NCBI GenBank assembly: GCA_052426225.1
Contig: JBNJNM010000012.1
Location: 124,001-188,000, forward strand
Direction of reading: 5' to 3'
Source of the DNA: Zancudomyces culisetae HAW-14-8
Lineage: Eukaryota > Fungi > Kickxellomycota
DNA length: 64,000 nucleotides
Shown here one piece after another: positions 1-9,869 of this stretch (the stretch's first letter is position 1; each line of letters opens with the position of its first letter). The notes under the pieces were generated by a model. The model searched no databases and had not been told where the DNA came from. It was given only the letters and a program-made list of their open reading frames with translations. Both the position numbers and the translations under genes were made by a program.

Positions 1-1534
1 AGATTTCGATTTAAAATATTATTATATAATCTAACTCAATATGTTGTACTAAACTATAACGATGTTAAATATTATAAATTAATATGATCGAAATCGTACC
101 AGATATATAGATATCGTTAATTTTTTGATTTTCAAGGTTAAGCGCCTTCATTTAATCAAAATGTATAATTTAAAATGGTAGATACTTCCTACTAATAATG
201 CAGTGGAAATCGTCTGATTTATATTTATCTTTAGTACAATACCGTAAACATTATAAATCAAGATCTAAATTATTATCTAATTAAATCAAGTATTAAGAAT
301 ATAAAAAATATTATTTGTATGAATCCAAAAGTCCAATATTGTTAGTTTCCTCATATGTTTACATTACAAAATTAAATTTTTTTCAAATAAATTATCATTT
401 AATTATAAGGAATGTAAACACGATAATATGTAGCTCTAATTTAATATTTTATAATTTTAATATTATATTATTTATTATAATAATATTTAATATCATAATA
501 ATATATTATGATTAATAAATAAATGTTTTATCTTGCTATATTCATTCAAAATTAGTGATATATAATGATAAAATTAATGTATAAGTTAAAATATTATATA
601 GATATAAAAATTATATTAAAACGAATATTTTTTAATGTATAGTTTCGTCGCTTTTATTAGGTCATTAAATATTTTTGGAATTAAAAATAAATAAAATCAT
701 TTAATTTATTTTTAATAATTACATACTGGGTTAAATTTATTTGGATTTATATTGTTCGGACCCCTAATGTATATCCAAATTGGTGTTGCTTTGAAATATG
801 TTGTTGACTTTCTCTTTGTCGTTCTGGGTTGGCTCTGATTCCATTCCTGGTTGGTAATTATCGGCATTTGGGCTGGTGGGGTTTGTAATGTAACCCATTT
901 TAGTTTCTGCATTGGAGTTCTTATTTTCTGTGTTTATGTTAATTGAATATTTGTCAGGTCCGCAATTGTGAGGTTGCGCTTCGACCTGTGTTAGTCTATT
1001 CGTTTCCATAATCTAAATTGAGTGTTTGTTTTGGTTGATGTTTCCCTCGTTGTCTACATCCATCCTGTTTTTATTTTCCCTATCCATCTACCCTGCATAG
1101 GTGTTTGCTTCTTTTTCATTCTCGAAGAATCACTCGGGGATGTTTTCTTTGAGATTTTTTCATTATTTTGATTTTTGTTGTGGTTTTGTTGTTTTTTAGG
1201 TTATTATCTTGATGCAATTTGTAATTTCGCAAGAGGATTTTCAATGTCCTTGTCCATCACACCAGGTGCAGAGTGGGTCGCAGTATTTCGACATCATTGC
1301 AACCTTGGTTCCTTCGAAGGCTATACGCTTGGGAGCTTGACCTGTTTGTCTTTCCTTACGAAAACAATTTTGAGGTCGTATGTGTATATCGCATTGCAAT
1401 TGTGTTCCTAACATATCCCATCATCTATGATTTATCGTACGGTTCCATATATTTTTCTGCTCTTTTGACGACACCTTAGCTCGGTATTTCCATGCAGTCA
1501 GGGATTATGATGAAGGATAATTTATTCTTGTACT

Positions 1535-2277
1535 TGTCAGGACTTGACACTAATAATATATGTATATACTTGTCAGGACTTGACAACTGAGTGATATTAT
1601 TATTTAATTTATGTTCGAAAGCTATAGTAAAGAAAGTTGTTATTTTATTGCTAAAGATCTTTACAATTAATCAATAAGTATTTATAGTTTTAAAGCTCAC
1701 TATAATTCGAATATAATTAAACTACAATATATAACTAGGCATGAAACATAACAGCACAACTCGATATTAAATGTAATTTAATAATGAGTTGGGGGTTGGG
1801 AATTTGAAAAAGAATGTGAACCAATTTTGGTTTACCCAAATTGTGGATAATTTATTTTGTCTCAAAATGTGGTTAATTTTGATTATTTCCCAAAATGTCA
1901 TGATTGGATCATGACATTAGTATGAATATGATTTATTTAATATTTACTATGAGATGAAAGCATTTTATTCTAAAGTTTCCTAAAGCAATAAAATCATTGT
2001 TCTTATATCGTTTTTCAATATACAAAATTAATTGGTATAACTTAATAAAATTTTACTTAAAACTATAAATTAAAAACTAAATAATACTAACTGTCAAAGC
2101 CACAGTTACCATTTAATAAACTGGGGTAAACCAAATTATTAAAAATTATTAATTTTTACTCCATAATTAATAATTTATGGAGTAAGAATTAAAGCGGAGA
2201 AAACGTTAATAAATTTAACATTTGCTATTTTAATAATATATTAAAAATAGCAATAATGTCATGCTTGGATCATGACA
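1535..2277 (+). mobile_element. Hairpin-ended TG...CA insertion (probable solo LTR) with 5-bp TSD GTACT
   Basis: GTACT at 1530-1534 and 2278-2282. Left end TGTCAGGACTTGACA; right end TGTCATGCTTGGATCATGACA. Confidence 0.8.
1571..1916 (+). mobile_element. Second copy of the hairpin-ended family nested inside the first
   Basis: Same left end TGTCAGGACTTGACA (1571-1585) and right end TGTCATGATTGGATCATGACA (1896-1916). Flanks ATACT/TTAGT match at only 3 of 5 positions. Confidence 0.6.
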
Positions 2278-3457
2278 GTACTCACTGTCTCAAAAATGTT
2301 GACTTTTAGGTCATTTACCCGTATGTGTGTTTTCAAAAATTTTTTGCGTCCTGTATTCTGTGAAAGTTAAAGTATACTATCCCCAGATTTGAGTTTATTT
2401 TTTTATCATAATCTTATCGATATGTGGGACTGGATGCGATTAAGGTTTGTCGAGGTCGTCAGCCAATTAGTTCACAATTAGCATTTCTACACTCTGATCC
2501 GCTTTTTCAGAACTTCATCAATATTTGATTTGTATTTGTTATTATTTACACAAGTTATAAGATACACTAATATTTTCTTTGCCATCTGTTTAAAGATTTA
2601 ATTATTATCTTTCATTATTACCGAGTTATGTAATCAATCTGTTCATTACTATTCACTTTAGCCTACTTTTATATATCGGATTTGTTTGTAACAATCGTAT
2701 CCTATTTTAAAAAATACACAAAGTACTATTAATTTTACATTATGATTTCTACCATATATTTATTATATTTTTTAAAATTTCCTTAAAATTTTTGTAGTGT
2801 CAAATACTAAAATTATATAAGAACATTGTGTTTGATTTTATTTTATTAATTTCTGATTATCCTCATTTATTATCACGTATTTTTTTCAATTTATATATAC
2901 TATTTAACTTAGATTAATATACTTAAAGTTTATCTAAAAGCTTGGTTAATGTTTAATTACGACTATTAAATATTTTTATACTTATTGGTTGATTCAATGT
3001 TATCTTAACACCATGGGTTAGGATAAATTCGAAATGAAAATATATAATATTATTAAATTTAAATAATTAATATATTTGACCCTTATTTGATAATATTTTA
3101 CTACGCAGATTAATTGAATTTGATTACTAAGTAAATTTGTTAACTAAGACTATTTCGAGATGAAATCGATTCTAATAATTATTTCTGTGGCCGAATTATT
3201 TAATTCGCTGTTTAAATATTATTTTACCACTTAAACTCAAAATCGGTTAAGAATAGCTTTTGCTGTGTCGGGATGGTTAAGTGATAAAGGGGAGTCCGAA
3301 CTGTGGGTGGTCTTAGGTTCCAATGGGAAGTAGAATTTGGTGACAATTCCCGGCGCCCCACTCAGTTAAAATCTCTGGACCTTTATCCAATAACCATGTA
3401 CGGTGCCTTATTGCTAGTGAGTTTTGTTGGGAGAATAATGTTTGGTTGCGATATTGC

Positions 3458-4434
3458 TTAAGTTGCTTCTGTTGTATTTAGGTTGAATTTTGCTACCAGT
3501 TCGGGACAGTTTAAGTGTTCAACTGGTTCCCATGTGTCCTCTTCAGGTCCTTGACCTTTCCATCTGATCTTATAGTAAATTCTTTTTCTCGAAATCTTAC
3601 TATTCAAAATCTCGCCTACTTCCAATTCTTCCCGGTTATTTACGATTATTGGCGGGGGAGGAGGCCGGATTCTCTTGGGGATTTTGTTAGCGTGGTATGG
3701 TTCTAACAATGAAACATGAAAACTATTATGGATCTTCATGCTAGCTGGGAGAGCCAGTTTGTAAGTTACCTGGTTAATTTTCTTTATTACGTTGAACGGT
3801 CCCAGCTTTTTCCAATCGAGCTTCTGAGAGGATCTATCGGTCTTGATGTTTTTTGAATTTAACCATACCATGTCACCACTTTTGAATATTGGATGATTAG
3901 AACGCTTGTTGTCTGCAAACTTTTTTTGGTTTTTAATGGCGTTGGATAGGTTCTTTTTTAGCTGTTTGTGGATCCGTTCCATTGTTTTGATCTTGTCGCG
4001 AGCCTGTGGGGTGTTGTCCGAATTAGCTATAGGTGGGTCCATTATTGGGTTGTAGTCATATACAGCAAAAAACGGCGACTTAAGTGTGGAAGCTTGATTC
4101 GCGTTGCTATATGCAAATTCGGCTTGCGGGAGGAGGTCTGACCAGTTGTATTTCTGTAGTTCACGTACATTCTGAGGTTTAGCTCTACGGTTTGATTAGT
4201 CCTTTCAGTCTGCCCGTCTGTTTCTGGGTGGAAAGCGGATGAAAGTTTTATCGATACTCCGAGCTGTTTGAACAGACGGCGTCAAAATATGGATATGAAT
4301 TGCGTGCCTCTGTCAAAAATGATTTTGTCTGGCATTCCATGTATTATAAAAACTTTCTTGATGAAAGCGTCGACGGTTTCTAATGCGGTGGGTAGATTTT
4401 TAACGAGGTGAAATCGTCATATTCGTTAAACTAT
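3458..4434 (-). mobile_element. Ty3/gypsy chromovirus fragment A (integrase core and C-terminus plus chromodomain), degenerate
   Basis: Motifs [25 protein letters not shown] (GPY/F), IHNSFHVSLL and chromodomain YKIRWKGQGPEEDTWEP. The integrase is cut at 4434 by the LTR of element B. Confidence 0.9.
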
Positions 4435-4574
4435 AGTTACAGAACGAGATTTATTGAATAAACAAGTTGTAATTCTTAGAGAATTACAACGAAACATAAA
4501 CGAAATGATTAAATAGAAGATAATATATTAAGATTAATTATGGGTAATAAGAAGTAATATTATTGGCTATAACA
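4435..4574 (-). repeat. 3' LTR of element B (140 bp)
   Basis: Begins TGTTATAG on the minus strand right after the PPT. Near-identical to the TSD-flanked solo copy at 17039-17175. Confidence 0.88.
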
Positions 4575-7372
4575 TTATCCCCCTCCCAAAAATTATTAAA
4601 TGTTTTCTTTTAAACTACCAGTCAAGTAGAGAAATTATGTATTAAAGAATTATATATATATATATTATAATTTTTTTTTTTTATTTTTTTTTATATATTT
4701 TGTTATATATAAAAATATATAACAATCGAATAAAGGGATCTTCGACTTAAATTTATTAATCGAAGCTAACGTTGAGAGCCATACATTCGGTAATTCGCGA
4801 ATCAGTACCGGCTTCCTAAAGGAAAATTAGAAGAGGTGGGAGGCTCCGGCGCTCGCTTGCGCTTGCGCACATTGGCCGCCTATAACCCCACATTCTTACC
4901 AGCTGATTCATCTTCTCCCTGACGATCTTACAGCAAACTCGCTTTATTTTTAAGCGAGTTGGTTCGATTTTAATTTTTCATTTTGTCAGGGGGAAGTTGG
5001 CATATTTATACTTTTTTAAAAATTTTGAAAATTTTGAAATTTTTTTTTCAAAATTTTTTTCGGTTATGGGTAAATTATGTTTAATATTGATTTTGATTTT
5101 GATTTTTTTTTTTTTTGAGTTAAATTTTTCAAAACTTCATAAGTTTTGTTAGGATATTTTTCATGAAATTTTTTCAGAAATCGCTCAGCGGATATGTTTT
5201 CAATTGGCTCCCAAGTTCTTTCGTGATGTCGTATCCTTTCCAATGTACTAAATAGTATTTTTTATTTCTTAAGATTTTTGAGTCCAGGATTTCTTCAATT
5301 TCGTATTCTAGTTCATTATTGACGATTATTGGTTCAGGAGGTTCGGGAAGAACAGAATTCATAGGCGGTATGTATTTATCCAATAGTGAAACATGAAATA
5401 CTGGGTGAATTTTCATAGAGACGGGGAGGTCAAGTTTGTAAACTAAATCACTAAGCTTTTCTTTAATTTTGAATGGTCCAATTTTCTTATAATCCAGTTT
5501 TTTACTAGGCCTAGTGGTCTGAATATTCTTTGTTAGAAGCCAAACTTTTTCACCTATAGTATATTCAGGATTTTTTCTTCTTTTCCTGTCGGCAGATTTC
5601 TTGAAGGTGATGAAGCGAGAGTGATTTGCTTATTAGTTCTTTCCAAATCTGGTGGGTTTGATTGATCCTTTCTACCACAGAAGGCATAACATGGTTATTG
5701 ATTAAAGGTGGATCAAAGCGTGGGTTAAATCCGTAGTTAATGAAGAACGGGGATGATCCAGTAGATTCGTGAGTAGAGTTGTTGTAGGCAAATTCTGCTA
5801 ATGGAAGAAGATCTGTCCAATTATCTTGTTGATATGACAAGAAACAACGGAGATACTGTTCCAGAGTCTGATTTACTCTTTCAGTTTGTCCATCAGTTTC
5901 AGGATGGAACGCTGTTGAGAGCTTAATTTTGACACCTAAAGTGTTGAAAAGAGCTTTCCAAAACTTTGATGCAAACTGAGAGCCTCGATCAGAGATGATC
6001 TCTTCAGGCAAACCGTGGAGTCTAATGATATTATTCAGGATGAGCTCGGCGGTTTCTACAGAAGAAGGGAGCTTCTTTAGTGGTATAAAATGGCTCAGTT
6101 TACTGAACCGATCTACAACCATTAAAATTGTAGTATTCCCTTTTGAAAGGGGCAAATCTGTGATGAAATCCATTGAAATAGATTTCCATGGCGAATCAGG
6201 AGCAGGTAATGGCTGGAGAAGTCCTTGCTTTTTCTTTCTTGAGGTCTTGGATCGGTTGCATCTGTCGCAACCTGCTATGAATTCCTTGACTGAACGATGC
6301 ATATGTGGGAACCAGAAGTCTCTTTTCAGTAGTTCAACTGTCTTTTTGTATCCATAATGACCTGTTAAACTGCTATCATGCCTTGAACTGATCACTTTGA
6401 AGACTGATGCTTTAGGTACCACTACTAAATCTCCCAGAGTAATGAGATTGTTTGGTGTTGATCCTACAGCGAGATGTTTTTTAGCTGCTTCTGTTTCTGC
6501 CCTTTTAGTTAATTCTATTCGCTCGTTTTGTGTTTGTAGGACGAGATCATCTAGGAGAAACGGATTGGTGGTTATTAGACTGTCGATAAAAACTGAGGCT
6601 GGGAGTATTGTTTTGTCTTGTAAGGCGCGGTCATGATCCAAGTAACGCGATAAAATGTCAGGCTTTCCACCAAGCTTTCCAGGCCTATAGGTGATCAAAA
6701 AGTCGTAACGGCTGAATTCCAATGACCATCTTGCATGTCGCCTATTGAGAACCTTTGAAGTCTTGAAGGTTTCAAGGTTTTTATGGTCTGTCAAAACGAT
6801 GAACTGGTGTTGAGCTCCTTCTAGGTAGTGTCTCCATTCCTTAAGAGCCTTCACTATTCCTAGTAATTCCTTGTCATAAACATTATAATTAAGCTCGGCT
6901 GCCTTGAGTTTGTAGGAATAATAAGCACAGGGGCGGAAGTCACCTTTCTCGTCGGCTTGCGACAGAATTGCACCAATGGCATAGTCTGAGGCGTCAGTCT
7001 CAACTATGAATTGCTTTCCAGGATCAGGATACTGTAACACGGGTGAAGTCGTGAGCATGGTTTTCAGTGTGTCATATGACTTTTGCTGATCAGGACCCCA
7101 AATGAACTTGATGTCTTTTTTCAGCAGATTTGTCATCGGCAACGTGATTTGTGGCCGGGGTCAGAGAATCTGAGCTTGAAATTTTTATTAAACTTTTCAT
7201 TTGAGGACAATAGTTTAGGTGTGGTTTCTGGGAGCGTGGCTTCGGATTAAAGAATATCTTCAAACCAAGTGGCGACATGGCCTGATAAGTGGGCACAGAT
7301 AAAATCAATCCTTTTCTTTTCTTTAGAAATGAATCTGATTTTGCTCAAAACTGTCAGCGGATCTGAGCCATA
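4435..7372 (-). mobile_element. Internally deleted Ty3/gypsy chromovirus B: gag fragment fused to RNase H-integrase-chromodomain, long 3' spacer, PPT and 3' LTR
   Basis: ORF 5565-7142 has ETDASDYAIGAILSQ (RNase H), the H-H-C-C zinc finger and DDE core. Chromodomain YLVHWKGY lies at 5174-5416. A gag-like RIDFICAHLSGHVATWF...FSDP at 7143-7330 joins directly to the RNase H linker, with no PR or RT. PPT GGGAGGGGGATAA (minus, 4587-4575) abuts the LTR. Confidence 0.88.
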
Positions 7373-7910
7373 TGTTATGAATTAGTTAGTATTTTTAAGA
7401 TTTAACAGTTAAAATTAATATATTATTATTTCAAATTTAATTGTAACGTGAACACGTAAAGTAACAATCACAGAATTAGTATCGTAACGTGATAACGTGA
7501 TTTATAACGTTTACATCTATTTGAAAATGATTTTCAGGATTACATCTATGTAAATGTCTGGATGTGATTATTATCTTGAATCATCCATAACGTTAAATAC
7601 TTCATGCACAAAAATAATTTTTTTTATTTTTTACCTGTCTCTTCAATTAATTAAACCCCGACAGAAAATGTCTATTGAAGAGCAGTGTAAAATATTCTCT
7701 TCATTTATGAAGTTAATAATCTTCAAAATAAAAATTCTAATTAAACTCAATTAAAGCCAACACATGAAGATAAAAAAATGTTCAATGGCTCCGGAAAACT
7801 ATACTATTTCGGGTGTATTTGGCTCGTTTTCACCCATAATCATATGATTTTTTATTTTATTTTTCTAACTAAACTAGACTGATTAACTATGAGTTAGAAA
7901 AATTCAAAAA

Positions 7911-8044
7911 GTCACAGAACAAGTATTATTGGATAAACAAGTTGTAATTAATAGGGAATTAAAACAAACCATAAAACAAATGATTATATAGAAGATGAAT
8001 ATCATATATTATGGGTAGTATCATGTAACATATTGGCTGTTACA
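7911..8044 (-). repeat. Diverged copy of the short LTR family
   Basis: Colinear with 4435-4574 (gtcacagaac...ataaacaagttgtaatt...attatgggta...tattggctgttaca). It is followed on the plus strand by a pyrimidine-rich, PPT-like remnant. Confidence 0.75.
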
Positions 8045-8469
8045 TGCTTCTACCCTCAAATGTTCGATTTTTATATCAAGTTTACGTATTTCTGATATCA
8101 TTTTTTAAAAGATTATATAGAAATATTAAAATAATATTATATACTATTAAATGTTTAAGATTTAGAAATTTATTATATGAATTCATAAAGTTAGATATTT
8201 AAAATTTTTTTTATAAAATTACCAAAATTGTCGCATTTATAAAATGTTTTTCATAAATCAATTTCATATTGAGTTTTTTACCAAAAACATCACAATTTAT
8301 AAAAAATTAATATTATTATTTGTGCTTTATACAATTTAATAAATGCGTAATTTCTGGATATAATTGAGCGAGATATTACACTTATAAATATTTTCAATAT
8401 TTTGAGACTTTTTTGAAACTCATTGTATATCTCGGAGTGGTATCGAATTGTGAACTTCCTAGCCCCGTA

Positions 8470-9787
8470 TCGCCTGTGATACGTTTTCGTTGAAAACCGG
8501 CTCAGGCGGTAGTGGTTATTGAATAAATTAAGATTGAACCAGAATGCATGGTAGACAATCTTTCATCGACTTTTACCTGCTCGTAATGCCAACTAGGCAC
8601 CCTGTGCTCATGCTTTGATCTTTTTTGTTCCAGCTGGTAATATCATCAACGCATTTAATTCTTTAATATATCGTCCTATTGAGCTAGTAGACAAGTGTTT
8701 GTTATAATTATTAGTGTCTCAATATTCTATGTAATAAAATATTTGGATATTTTTCGTGTTCTATGACACGGCTCACTTGTCATGTTCTTGTATTCCGTAT
8801 ATGCCGCTACTGGGCATATTCTTCGGTCACTGTGGCTATTAATTTTTATTTCCTTGATAATTGGTGACCCTTCTCTCTTCTCTTTAGGAGCCACCACTAT
8901 TATGCTTATATGGTGTTCTGTTACTTTGGTTTGTGCGTCGTCCGCCCAGAACAGATCGCTCGGTCTCATGAATCCGGTAACCGCGAGTAGCCAGCAAACT
9001 TTGCTTGTTAACTGTGATATGCTTAGGCTTCCATTTTCCCCCCAACTTTTAATTTCTTCTATAATTTTTTTTATGTTATAATTTACGTTAATGAAACTCT
9101 TAAAGCTTAATTCCTTCATGGTCTTTGTAAACTTGTTTAAAATTTTATGCTCCTCTGCGGTAGTGTTGTCATGATCGATTTTTCCTACCAATGTCGACTT
9201 GTAGTTAATGTTTGTTTGAGGCGATAGTTTGCCTTCTCTGTATATCTCTGTTAGATAGTTAATTAAACTGATTACTCCGGTTGTACTGTCCTTTCGCTTC
9301 TCCCACCATCGCATGAACTTGTTGACTATCCCTTCCGCTTGTTTTATTCTTTTCGTCGCTCTTGGGTTCCATGATATAAGCTCAAGGGCTTCCTTATATA
9401 ATTCCTTTCTTTTTGAGCCCCGTTTGCCTTCCACGCAATTAACGTCCAGGATCTGTTCTTTAGCATTATCGATGTAGGTCCCTCTGTCATTACTGTCGCT
9501 GCTGGTACTTGTATGGATCTCCTGCAGCAAATCCTCTTCAACGACGGGTACCACATTGCTGATTGCCAGTTCGGTGAAATCAGTATGGCTCTTGCCCGGT
9601 CCTCCTTGATCTTTTTTAAGACCCACATAAGTTCCATATAGGGCATATGTATGAGCTCTTCCACGTCTACCATGTCGTTCGGAAAGCGTGCTGGACTGCA
9701 GCCTTCGGGTCCTTGTACCAACTCCCGTATACCGGAAGTTGGTTGTTGTTGGATGAAGCGAAGAGGTCTATGCTGTGTGGCCCCCAT
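8470..9787 (-). mobile_element. DIRS-type retrotransposon remnant: methyltransferase-like domain overlapping a tyrosine recombinase ORF
   Basis: WGPHSIDLFAS...AILISPNWQSAMWYP (DIRS MT-like domain). YR motifs KVCWLLAVTGFMRPSDL, APKEK, ICPVAAY and a frameshifted C-terminal ...FNNHYRLSR near 8500-8520. Confidence 0.85.
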
Positions 9788-9867
9788 TGTCACAGCACGA
9801 GTTTTATTGAATTACAACAAAGCTTAAACCAATTATTATGTTGAAGATTAAATATTATTATAATTAT
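9788..9867 (-). repeat. Partial copy of the short LTR family truncating the DIRS element
   Basis: tgtcacagcacgagttttattgaattacaa matches the end of the 4435/17039 LTR. It begins exactly where DIRS coding sequence stops. Confidence 0.65.
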
Positions 9868-9869
9868 GG

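Larger units (their letters stand above)
760..2480 (-). pseudogene. Degenerate retroelement gag/ORF1-like remnant (LINE ORF1-type) with CCHC zinc knuckle, interrupted by the 1535-2277 insertion
   Basis: Minus strand 1270-1229 reads C-T-W-C-D-G-Q-G-H-*-K-S-S-C (CX2CX4HX4C with a TGA). It is followed by an Asn/Thr/Pro-rich tail. Coding-like sequence resumes on the far side of the insertion at 2283. Boundaries are approximate. Confidence 0.55.

Noticed and set aside
1531-1585. CRISPR-like or recombinase-site direct repeats
   Set aside because: Only two copies, explained as left ends of nested insertions; eukaryotic context with no cas genes.
4776-4815. Group II intron domain V
   Set aside because: Only a loose resemblance: 8-nt loop, mismatched lower stem, and no recognisable domain VI or intron boundaries. 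Kept only as part of the structured-island finding.
4918-4996. Hammerhead ribozyme (CTGACGA core)
   Set aside because: No GAAA partner or stem III/NUH arrangement.
7373-7515. 5' LTR of element B
   Set aside because: Has TG...CA-like ends but no similarity to the 3' LTR and no TSD.
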